A stretch of DNA of 20,123 nt from assembly GCF_004010195.1 (NCBI RefSeq), contig NC_057752.1:2004878-2025000 (forward strand), written 5' to 3'. A program made the translations under genes and the position numbers. This document shows, piece after piece, positions 1-9,195 of this stretch. Origin of the DNA: Chiloscyllium plagiosum (lineage: Eukaryota). Position 1 is the stretch's first letter; each line of letters opens with the position of its first letter. The notes beneath the pieces are model-generated. The model saw only the letters and a list, made by a program, of their open reading frames with translations. It was not told the origin of the DNA and did no database searches.

Positions 1-235
1 TGATCACACAGCACTATCCTTTGATGTGAAGGGCAGTGTTTGTCACTGGCCACCCGGGTGTTTTCCTATCTTCCTGGTGGTGGAAATTGAATAAAGATTC
101 GTGCACCTTGTGTCTTTCACTGTGTCTCACACCTGCACACACACACCATGGGTGCTGGGGATAAAATAAGCACTACCGCACTTAGGTGGTAGTGTGGGGT
201 TTAAAATTAAAAAAAATAATAAATAAATAAATAAA
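1..235 (+). mobile_element. 3' end of a non-LTR retroelement (possibly Tx1/L1-like), cut by the window edge
   Basis: AATAAA at 90-95, a terminal stem-loop GCACTACCGC-acttag-GTGGTAGTGT (170-195, 10 bp with 2 G-U pairs), then an A-rich/(AAAT)n tail at 203-235. Confidence 0.5.
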
Positions 236-1796
236 CAGGAGTGTGGGTGCTGCACAAAATAAAAGTCATTTTGCACCAGTTCTGACCATCAGTCCATGTG
301 ACCTGATTGACACCATATAAGAGCAGCCTCTGCAACCCCTTGAATCTCCCTCTTGCTGCCTACCCTCCAGTTCATGAAGACTTCCTGACCCTCCTGGTTT
401 GCTGCCACCTCTTCATCTCACCATTTCTCCAGCTCACTGTTTACCTCCTACCTCTTGCTGCTCATCACCAAAACCCACATTTATAGCAACAGTTTCGGAG
501 AGAGACATGGTAAGCAGGAGGAGCAGCAAAGGCCACAAACTAGAGAGTTGGTGAGAAGAACAATCTACAAAACAATTGGGGTGGGGGGGGGGGGGCAAAA
601 AGCAGGAGAAGCCATGAGCTGCAAAATTAACAAAGTCAAGGGTCAGGGAAAGGGAGAGTCCACAAGCCAAAAGGTTGGCAGTGAGAGGGTCAGGAAGTAT
701 GGAAAGCTGGTAGTTTGGTGAGCAGGATTGGTGGTGAGCAGGATTGGCAGTTTGCAGGAGAGCCAGCAAGTGGGAGGGAGGTAGAAAGTTACCATATTTA
801 TCTTTATTTTTTCAATTTATTTTGTAAGTTATTTAGCAATGTAAATTATTTCAATTTGCAGGATATATTCTTCTAACATTTTTTGTCTGATGAGATGCCA
901 TACTGAACTTAACTATAGCTTTTACACTGGATTTAACGGCTCAGGCATGAGAGTGTTATCATTGAACAAAGGCTGATATCTTGCATAGGAGCATTATAAA
1001 TATTTTTGTTAAGTTTACATGTGTTTGAGACATTCACACCACATGCTGAGAAACATTAAATTAATCAAAGAGAATGCTACATTCAGGAAAACATCTGGTT
1101 GTTATGGATTGAATTTTACAGGGTTAAATACTGATATAAAAGGTGCAAGACACCAGGGACCATGATTATTCTGCCATTAGACCTGTTATAACCTTGGAAG
1201 TGTGAACTGTGAACAACTGTCTAGGCTCAATAATATAGGCTATGAGTTCAGATCAATCTCTGAGACGTTGTGCTCCATTACCTTCAGAAGGGGACATTTT
1301 AGAGGTTCTCCTCATTGGAGTTTTTCCCCTGTGGTTACTGAATCCCCGCAGAAGATTAATCAAATCAGGAAGAGGCCATAATAGTAAAATTTGGACCACA
1401 GACCAGAGTTTTCTCGATTTCTATTTTCTTATATTTCACATCATTTCCATAGAGAACATCAACATTTTCTGATACGTCTTAAGATCAGCAGGATTAAAGG
1501 CAATTATGTGTCTGCAAAAGGAGAACATCTGATAAATTAGACCAGTCTAGCCATCACAACTGGGCAGTTCTGATATTGCAAATTTTTAAGAAACAAAACT
1601 GTTAAAAGAATACTGCTTCTTTAAAACCTGTAACTGAAGTTTTAAAAGTCTGTTACCTTGAGTTTGTTTAGAACCTATTGAATTGAGTTATTCAATTATC
1701 ACTCACAAAAGAATTAGCTTAGAATTTGATTATGGAAATGGAATTCCATAATTTGGAAATGGATTTGAAAATGGAATTGTGTAGATTAGATGCGCT

Positions 1797-1861
1797 TCAG
1801 ATTGGTCTCACAACATCAAGGGCTGAAGGGCCTGTACTACGCTGCAATGTTCTATGTGCTA
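1797..1861 (+). mobile_element. Short CR1 LINE 3' tail
   Basis: cacaacatcaagggctgaagggcctgtactacgctgcaatgttctatgtgcta matches the CR1 terminus at 18755-18806 (cacagcatcgtgggccgaagggcctgttctgtgctgtattgttctatgttct). Confidence 0.7.
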
Positions 1862-1992
1862 TTACCCCTGTACAACATAGTGGGAGTGTAGTGATTGGAA
1901 CCAGGTAGATCTTGTTGACTATGAGGTCCTTGATTGGTGTTGCTAACCTGGGCCAATTAGGTAAGCCCTGCCTGACCAATAGTCACAGGGGA

Positions 1993-2150
1993 ATTTGAGG
2001 TTTGTCCTCCTCTCCCTGTAAATTGGTTGAACGGTAGGGTTCAGGGCCCAGCTTTGCTGCTCCTCTCCCTTGTAAAATTGCTGTCTTTTGTGTACAGCTG
2101 TCAATGTTTTTTTGTAAACTGTTTTGTAATTTGTTCAATAAAAAAAAAAA
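1993..2150 (+). mobile_element. Short 5'-truncated poly(A) retroelement (insertion A) with 15-bp TSD
   Basis: Perfect direct repeat AATAGTCACAGGGGA at 1978-1992 and 2149-2163; AATAAA running into poly(A) at 2137-2150; homologous to 3571-3714. Confidence 0.8.
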
Positions 2151-2534
2151 TAGTCACAGGGGATTTAGAATCTCCTCAGTTCAGGGGACTAACTCTGAAC
2201 TGGCTGGCCACAGAGCTAGTGTGTACTGTTGTTGGTTTGTTGTTTTGGGGGAACCTGATACCTGAACTGGCATTCCTTTTTTTTATTGAGGACTGATTTT
2301 TAAACTGGCTGATCTTCACAGTCAATGTGTTACAGATGTAATTCAGTTCATTAGGGAACTGTTGTTTCACTGGCTGGTTACAGCCTGTGTGTTACTCTTT
2401 TCTTCCACTTTGAGAAAAGGACTGTACTGATTTTGTAGCAGGCCTCAGCCCTTGCACTCTGGTTTTCTTTCTTTTTTGCATGTGTTTTATTTTGGTGTTT
2501 GGACTGAGCCCCTGTGAGATAATGTACCTTTCCA

Positions 2535-2840
2535 GATGAACTGTTTCTGTGTGGGTAGGTCTGACCCTCTGTGAGTGGACTAGGCCTCTGTAAAGACTGA
2601 ACACCTGTGTGTGTGTGTGTGTGTATGCTGGGAGGTGAGCATTTGCTGCCTGTTGGTGTGGACTCTGCCTGTTGGAGTGGATCATTCCCTGTAAGTTAAC
2701 CGTATCTTTTATAATGAACTGTATTCTTGTGAGTGGGCCTAGTTCTCTGTGGATAGACCAAGCCTCTATGGAGACTGAACACCTGTGGGGTGTGCATTTG
2801 CTGCTTTCAGGAGTGGACTCTGCCTTTGGTTGTGGATTCT
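2535..2840 (+). repeat. Diverged ~180-bp tandem duplication with a (TG)n expansion in the first unit
   Basis: ATGAACTGT...GCCTCT.T..AGACTGAACACCTGTG...GCATTTGCTGC...GTGGACTCTGCCT occurs at about 2536-2685 and 2714-2840; (TG)n at 2606-2624. Confidence 0.75.
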
Positions 2841-2974
2841 GTTTATGGTAATGGTCTCTGGTTCAGAAGGGACTCTGTTGGTAATTGACATTGTTTTGTC
2901 ACTTGTTGGCTTTATCAGTGCAGTGTCTTGTGTCTCTGGGTCTGGCAGGCCTTACTGTGAGCTGGGAGGCTCAT

Positions 2975-3455
2975 AGGTCATCCTGAGAGCCAAGGGTGGG
3001 TAGGCCGTCCTAAGAGCCGGAAGGTGGGTAGGCTGTTCTGAGTGCTGCTGTTCCGAGAAGGGGTAATTGGGATGGGCTGTTCTAGAGGTGATTGGAAGGT
3101 GTGTCGGAGTGGCTGAGAGTCAGAAGGTACGTAAGTGTGGGCCAAGATCCAGAATACTTGTGGGCTGCTCTGAGCACTTTTCTCCCAGGGAGGGGATGGG
3201 CTGTTCTAGATGTGGCCTGGACATGTGTCAGGGCAGTCCACAGGCCAGATGGTGCATCCGGGTGGGTGAGAACCAGATGGTATGTAGGGGCAGATGGAGC
3301 TGGAAGGCGGGTAGGACATCCTTAGCGTTGTCACCTCGGGGAGGTACCGGGACGGTTTGTCTTAAAGGTGGCCGGAAGGTGAGTCAGGGTGGGGATTGAG
3401 AGCCGGAAGGGGTGTGAGGTGGGCTGCCTTAGAGTGGTCGGAAGGTGGGTGGGAC
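2975..3455 (+). repeat. Degenerate G-rich array of the motif GAGCCGGAAGGTGGGTAGG
   Basis: Copies near 2986, 3014, 3116, 3270, 3297, 3370, 3400 and 3436, with GGGCTGTTCT-like sub-motifs interspersed. Confidence 0.65.
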
Positions 3456-4270
3456 AGGTGGCTTGCTGGGTTGCGGAATGGGAGTGGGTGGTCTGTATTC
3501 TATGCACTGTTTCTCATTTTATTGGATTGTCTTGTATGTATTTGTTACTTTTGTGGTGACTGAAAGTGGGATTTGAGGTTTGTCCTCATTCACCTGAAAA
3601 CTGGTTGAACGGTGGGGTTTAGGGATCTGTCTTTGCCACCCCTTTCCCCTCCAAATTGCTTGTATGTGGCTGTTCATGTTAACTGTTTATCTGTAATTTG
3701 TACTAGTTAATAAAATATTAACAGGGGATTTAGAATCGCCTCAGTTCAGGGGACTGACTGAGCTGGCAAGCACACATGGCCAATGTACTATGCACAAGTA
3801 AATAAAGGTGACATGGAGATGGACTATTGGCCTCTGTGCTGTTATTTCAGGACCTTCCAAAAGTGAAAGAATTCAAAGCTTGTGGGAGGGCAAGATGTTT
3901 TATCATAGAAACATTTTGCTTTGCTTGTGATAGAGACAAAAAAAACTGCAGATGCTGAAATCCAAAGTAGTCAGGCAGGAGGCTGGAAGAACACAGCAAG
4001 CCAGGCAGCATCACGAAGTGGAGAAGTTGACATTTTGGCTGTAACCCTTCAAGACTGGGGTTGGGTGTAGGGGGAGCTACAGATAAAGGGGGAGGCGTGG
4101 TGAAGTGGGGCGAGGTGAAGACAGGCAGAGGGTATGAACTGGTTGGTCAATGAATCTGGTGGGTGGCAGGGAGGGGGAGGAGCTGGGAAATTGGAGACCT
4201 CAATATTGAGTCCTCTGGGCTGTAGGCTGCTCAGGCAGAAGATGAAGTGGTGTTCCTCCAATTTGCGGTT

Positions 4271-5126
4271 TTAATTGAATTTATTGTCTCGTGAACTGAG
4301 GCACAGTGAAAAGCTTTGTCTTGAGAGCAATACAGGCAGGTCACAGAGTTAAGTAGCATAGATAAGTAAATAATAGGTAAACAGCGGCAAAAACCAAAAC
4401 ACAGGTACAGGTGAACGTTAAGAGTTTGTGAGTCCATTCAGTATTCTAACAACAGTAGGGTAGTAACTGTTTCGAAACCGGCTGGTGTGTGTGTTCAGGC
4501 TTCTGTACCTTCTCCCCGATGGTAGAGGTTGTAGAAAAACATTGCCAGGGTGGGATGGATCTTTGAGAATGCTGGCGGCCTTTCCTTGACAGCGGGCCTG
4601 GTAGATGGATTCTATAGATAGGAGGTTGACCTTTGTGATTGTCCGGGCTGAGTTCCAGTGCGTCCACATGAAGTGTCCAAGAAAGCTTGTTGTGGATGAC
4701 CCACTCCCAGGAGCTTGACACTCCCCACTGGTTCCACTCTGTGCTGTTAATGTGTGGGGGGGAAGGGGGGGCATGAGTAACATCCTGCCGAAAGTCAATA
4801 ATGAGTTCCTTGGTTTTGCCGGCATTGAGAGCTAGGTTGTTCTCAGTGCACCATTTTTCCAGGTCTTCCACCTCCCGTCTGTAGTCTGTTTCGTCGCCAT
4901 CTGAGATTTGACAGACTACGGTGGTGTCATCAGCGAACTTGTAAATAGCATTAGTCTGGTATTTGGCGACACAGTTATGGGCATACAGTGAGTACAGTAG
5001 AGGGCTGAGTACACACCCCTGGGGGGCTCCAGTGTTGTGTTAGTGACGTTGAAATATTGTCCCCAGTCTTCACTGATTGTGGCATGTGGGTCAGGAAACT
5101 GAGGATCCAGTTGCAGAGAGTGGAGC
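4271..5126 (-). mobile_element. Rex1/Babar-type LINE, 5'-truncated RT C-terminus plus 3' UTR (pseudogenised)
   Basis: Minus-strand motifs LCNWILSFL, TGAPQG.., KFADDTT (4921-4940), WCTENNLALNAGKTKELIIDFR and LPSGRRYRSLNTHTSRFRNSYYP; tail CACGAGACAATAAATTCAATTAA. Frameshifted. Confidence 0.85.
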
Positions 5127-5430
5127 TGTTGTGGTTATGGAGGAGGCCAAGGATGGTCATGTTGGAATGGGACTGGTAAGGGGAATTAAAATGGACGGTG
5201 GCTGGGAGGTCCAGTCGGCCCCTGTGGGCCCGGCTGAGATACTTGGTGAACCGTTCCCTAAGTTTACGGTTCTTCTTCTCCTCGATTGTAGAGAAGACCA
5301 CATCGGGAGCACCTGATGCAGTCAACTAGGTTGGAAGAGAGACAGGTGAATCTTTATCGTCACCTATCCCCACCTCACCACTCTGCCCCCACCACCCCCT
5401 TTATCTGCAGCTCCCCCTACACCCAAACCC

Positions 5431-5465
5431 AGTCCTGAAGAAGGGTTACACCTGAAACATCGATT
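5431..5465 (+). ncRNA. Degenerate PLE-type hammerhead ribozyme motif
   Basis: AGTC-CTGAAGA-AGGGTTACACCT-GAAA-CATC-GATT. The core boxes CUGANGA and GAAA are present; stems are eroded by CpG-type changes. Confidence 0.55.
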
Positions 5466-5875
5466 TCTCCACCTGATGCTGCCTGGCTTGCTGTGTTCTT
5501 TCAGCCTCTTGCCTGTCTACTTTGCTTGTGATGAAGACAGGCTGCAATTGTCATTCTATGCAGTACGCCCAGGAAGAATCCAGACATCAGAAATGGTTCT
5601 TGGCCAGAAGGAGCAAAAGGAGGAAGGCATACAGAAATCACCTGCTCTTCTATAAAAGAGTTCAGTCAATTTGCAAGTGAAATATCTGCAGAGCTAGTGA
5701 TGAGCAAGAAAACTCTCACCCTCAAATCCTGCTGATTGCTGAGTCCACTAGTACAGGCAAACATTGACTATTGAATTACATAATTCATCACAGATGCTGA
5801 ATCTGACTTCAAGTTTCAACCACTTTGCTTTAGAAAAATAAACTAGAGGAACTAACAGAATTCAATAGTCAATGT

Positions 5876-7248
5876 TTGCCTGTACTAGTGGACTCAGCAA
5901 TCAGCAGGATCATCTCCCAGACCATCCATAACCTCATCACCTCAGGGAATCTCCCATCCACCGTCTCCAACCTCATAGTCCCACAACCCCGCACCGCCCG
6001 TTTCTACCTCCTGCCCAAAATCCACAAACCTGACTGCCCCGGACGACCCATCGTCTCAGCCTGCTCCTGCCCCACTGAACTCATCTCTGCATACCTCGAC
6101 ACGGTCCTGTCCCCATTAGTCCAAGAACTCCCCACCTACGTTCGTGACACCACCCACGCCCTCCACCTCCTCCAGGATTTCCGCTTCCCCGGTCCCCAAC
6201 GCCTCATCTTCACCATGGACATCCAGTCCCTGTACACCTCCATCCCCCATCACGAAGGACTCAAAGCACTCCGCTTCTCCCTTTCCCGCCGTACCACCCA
6301 GTACCCTTCCACCGACACCCTCCTTCGACTGACCGAACTGATCCTCACCCTGAACAACTTTTCTTTCCAATCCTCCCACTTTCTCCAAACAAAAGGAGTA
6401 GCCATGGGCACCCGCATGGGCCCCAGCTATGCCTGCCACTTCGTAGGGTATGTGGAACAATCCATCTCCCGCAACTACACTGGCCCCACCCCCCATCTTT
6501 TCCTCCGCTACATTGATGACTGTATCGGCGCTACCTCGTGCTCCCACGAGGAGGTTGAACAGTTCATCCACTACACTAACACCTTCCACCCCGACCTCAA
6601 ATTCACCTGGACAGTCTCGGACTCCTCCCTCCCCTTCCTAGACCTTTCCGTTTCTACCTCAGGCGACCGAATCAACACGGACATCTACTACAAACCAACC
6701 GACTCCCACAGCTACCTAGACTACACCTCCTCCCATCCTGCCCCCTGTAAAAACGCCATCCCATTCTCCCAATTCCTTCGTCTCCGCCGCATCTGCTCCC
6801 AGGAGGACCAGTTCAAAATACGTACAACACAGATGGCCTCCTTCTTCAAGGACCGCAATTACCCCCCCCGACGTGGTCGACGGTGCCCTCCACCGCATCT
6901 CCTCCACTTCCCGCTCCTCCGCCCTTGAGCCCCGCCCCTCCAACCGCCACCAGGACAGAACCCCACTGGTCCTCACCTACCACCCCACCAATCTCCATGT
7001 ACAGCGCATCATCCGCCATCACTTCCGCCACCTCCAAACAGACCCCAGCACCAAGGATATATTTCCCTCCACTCCCCTATCAGCTTTCCGTAGAGACCAC
7101 TCCCCCCGCGACTCCCTTGTCAGATCCACACCCCCCACCGACCCAACCACCACTCCCGGCACCTTCCCTTGCAACCGCAGGAGGTGCAACACCTGCGCCC
7201 ACACCTCCCCCCTCACTTCTCTCCAAGGCCCCAAAGGAAAATTCCATA
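5876..7248 (+). pseudogene. PLE reverse transcriptase (ORF 5876-6928, continued after a +1 frameshift in the 6873-7331 frame)
   Basis: Motifs FYLLPKIHK, GRPIVS, MDIQSLYTSI, QTKGVAMGT, LRYIDD, FLDL, YYKPTDSHSYLDYTSSHP, IPFSQFLRLRRICS. One extra C in the C8 run at 6862-6869. The first ~11 codons appear to be flank-derived. Confidence 0.92.
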
Positions 7249-7310
7249 NNNNNNNNNNNNNNNNNNNNNNNNNNNNNNNNNNNNNNNNNNNNNNNNNNNN
7301 NNNNNNNNNN
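7249..7310. other. Assembly gap (N run)
   Basis: 62 N; shorter than the GIY-YIG coding sequence expected here by comparison with the minus-strand PLE copy. Confidence 0.98.
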
Positions 7311-7566
7311 CCCTCCAACCACAAGGGATGAACTCAGATTTCTCCAGTTTTCTCATTTCCCCTCCCACCACCTTGTCTCAGTCAAATCCCTCGAACTCAG
7401 CACCGCCTTCCTAACCTGCAATCTTCTTCCTGACCTCTCCGCCCCCACCCCCACTCCGGCCTATCACCCTCACCTTGACCTCCTTCCACCTATCGCATTT
7501 CCAACACCCCTCCCCCAAGTCCCTCCTCCCTAACTTTTATCTTAGCCTGTTGGACACACCTTCCTC

Positions 7567-7602
7567 ATTCCTGAAGAAGGGCTTATGCCCGAAACGTCGA
7601 TT
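7567..7602 (+). ncRNA. Minimal type I hammerhead ribozyme motif of the PLE terminal repeat
   Basis: CTGAAGA (7571-7577), A, stem II GGGC-ttat-GCCC (7579-7590), GAAA (7591-7594), CGTC with predicted cleavage after C7598. Stem I (ATTC/GATT) is short and has one mismatch. Confidence 0.75.
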
Positions 7603-7662
7603 CTCCTGCTCCTTGGATGCTGCCTGACCTGCTGCGCTTTTCCAGCAACACATTTTCAGCTC

Positions 7663-8117
7663 TTTACAAAGATGTTGCCAGGGTTGGAGGGAGAGGCTGA
7701 ACAGGCTAGGGCTGTTTTCCCTGGAGCGTTGGAGGCTGAGGGGTGATCTTATAGAGGTTTACAAAATTGAGGGACATGGATAGGATAAATAGACAAAGTC
7801 TTTTCCCTGGGGTTGCGTAGTCCAGAATGAGAGAGCACAGGTTTAGGGTGAGAGGGGAAAGATATAAAAGAGACCTAAGGGGCAACGTTTTCACACAGAG
7901 GGTGGTACATGTATGAAATGAGTTGCCAGAGGATGTGGTGGAGGTTGGTACAATTGCAACATTTAAGAGGCATTTGGATGGGTATATGAATAGGAAGGGT
8001 TTTGAGGGATATGGGCCAGGTGCTGGCAGGTGGGGCTAGATTGGGTTGGGATATCTGGTCAGCATGGACGGGTTGGACCGAAGGGTCTGTTTCCATGCTG
8101 TACATCTCTATGACTCT
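7663..8117 (+). mobile_element. CR1 LINE 3' fragment
   Basis: TKMLPGL..RLNRLGLFSLE..LRGDLIEVYK, RGERYKRDLRGNVFTQRVV; 3' UTR ending CTCTATGACTCT. Confidence 0.9.
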
Positions 8118-8252
8118 CAAAGGTTAACTCTGAGGACACATCTGACATGGTGGTAAAACTAGCAAAGTTAGATAACTGGGTACACAGTTTGGTCTATAGT
8201 TTTACAAATATATATTCGAACCTCTCAAATAGAACAATCAAGTATATTCTAC

Positions 8253-9073
8253 GGATCAGATGGGCTTATGGGCTGAGAAGTAGCAGATGGAGTTTATTTT
8301 AGATAAATGTGAGGTGCTGCATTTTGGGAAAGCAAACCTTAGCAGGACTTATACACTTAACGGTAAGGTCCGAGGGAGTGTTGCTGAACAAAGAGACCTT
8401 GGAGTGCAGGTTCATTGCTCCTTGAAAGTGGAGTCGCAGGTAGAAAGAATAGTGAAGAAGGCGTTTGCTATGCTTTCCTCTATTGGTCAGAGTATTGAGT
8501 ACAGGAGTTGGGAGGTCATGTTGCAGCTGTATAGGACATTGGTTAGGCCACTTTTGGAATATTGCGTGCAATTCTGGTCTCCTTCCTATTGGAAGGGTGT
8601 TGTGAAACTTGAAAGGATGTTGCCAGGGCTGGAGGATGAGCTATAGGGAGAGGTTGAACAGACTGGGGCTGTTTTTCCTGAAGCGTCGGAGGATGAGGGG
8701 TGTCCTTATAGAGGCTTAAAATCATGAGGGGCATGGAGAGGGTAAATAGGTAAAGTCTTTTCCCTGGGGTGGGGAGTCCAGAACTAGAAGGCTTAGGTTT
8801 AGGGTGAGAGGGGAAAGATATAAAAGAGACCTAAGGGGCAACGTTTTCACACAGAGGGTGGTACATGTATGGAATGAGTTGCCAGAGGATGTGGTGGAGG
8901 TTGGTACAATTGCAACATTTAAGAGGCATTTGGATGGGTATATGAATAGGAAGGGTTTGGAGGGATATGGGCCGGGTGCTGGCAGGTGGGACTAGATTGG
9001 GTTGGGATATCTGGTCGGCATGGACGGGTTGGACTGAAGGGTCTGTTTCCATCCTGTACATCTCTATGACTCT
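8253..9073 (+). mobile_element. CR1 LINE 3' fragment (ORF2 C-terminus plus 3' UTR)
   Basis: QMEF..DKCEVLHFG, QRDLGVQVH.SLK, LYRTLVRPLLEYCVQFWSP, FTQRVVHVWNELP; ends CTCTATGACTCT. Confidence 0.93.
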
Positions 9074-9195
9074 ACAAATACTACCAAGAACATGACATAT
9101 ATTAGCCTTTGCAAATTTATCTATTTTATACCTCAAATTGGCTGATTATAGTTGGCCTAAAAAATTGTTTTGCATTCCTTCCCTCTCAAGAGCCT

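Larger units (their letters stand above)
2229..3714 (+). mobile_element. Long non-coding retroelement segment (insertion B); probably an extended 3' UTR or non-autonomous element of the same family as A
   Basis: Its last ~145 bp align with insertion A (ATTTGAGGTTTGTCCTC...TGGTTGAACGGT...AAATTGCT...TGTAATTTGT...AATAAA). It contains internal duplications, is G/T-skewed, and has no recognisable protein. The 5' boundary is approximate. Confidence 0.6.
1887..3849 (+). mobile_element. LTR-like repeat (solo-LTR type) interrupted by two retroelement insertions; LTR segments at 1887-1992, 2149-2228 and 3714-3849
   Basis: Starts TGTAGTGA and ends TTATTTCA (TG...CA). Flanked by GGAG (1883-1886) and GGAC (3850-3853), a possible 4-bp TSD with one mismatch. 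Several CCAAT/ATTGG boxes at 1893-1980 and AATAAA at about 3802. Confidence 0.6.
3932..5520 (-). mobile_element. Penelope-like element, 5'-truncated, with inverted terminal repeats and a GIY-YIG endonuclease remnant; interrupted by a Rex1/Babar LINE
   Basis: Minus-strand translation gives FTCLSSNLVDCIRCSRCGLLY / RKLRERF..HFNSP..MTILGLLH (5127-5350) and RKLEEHHFIFCLSSLQPRGLNIEVSNF (about 4186-4268). 3966-4120 is the reverse complement of about 5360-5520. TSD CTTTGCTTGTGAT at 3919-3931 and 5520-5532. Confidence 0.85.
5908..7662 (+). mobile_element. Penelope-like retroelement (young, 5'-truncated): RT, linker, assembly gap over most of GIY-YIG, 3' terminal repeat
   Basis: RT ORF, C-rich strand bias, retained CpGs, PGTFPCNRRRCNTC linker; after the N gap LQPQGMNSDFSSF is the endonuclease C-terminus; ends with GGATGCTGCCTGACCTGCTGCGCTTTTCCAGCA. 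Confidence 0.92.

Noticed and set aside
434..769. Overlapping 111-aa and 88-aa ORFs, plus a short GGTGAGCAGGATTGG tandem duplication at about 717-747
   Set aside because: Low-complexity translations with no recognisable domain or splice support; probably a decayed repeat.
2785..3399. ORFs inside insertion B
   Set aside because: They arise from G/T-rich repeats poor in stop codons and have no protein motifs.
2975..3455. Repeat units with variable spacers, superficially CRISPR-like
   Set aside because: Units are degenerate and irregularly spaced, the context is vertebrate, and there are no cas genes.
4975..5325. 116-aa ORF appearing to fuse GIY-YIG and LINE RT sequence
   Set aside because: Chance in-frame junction created by the Rex1/Babar insertion into the PLE; both parts are frameshifted.
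6116..7533. Antisense and alternative-frame ORFs, including the 216-aa Pro-rich frame
   Set aside because: Shadows of the C-rich PLE coding strand; several run through the N gap.
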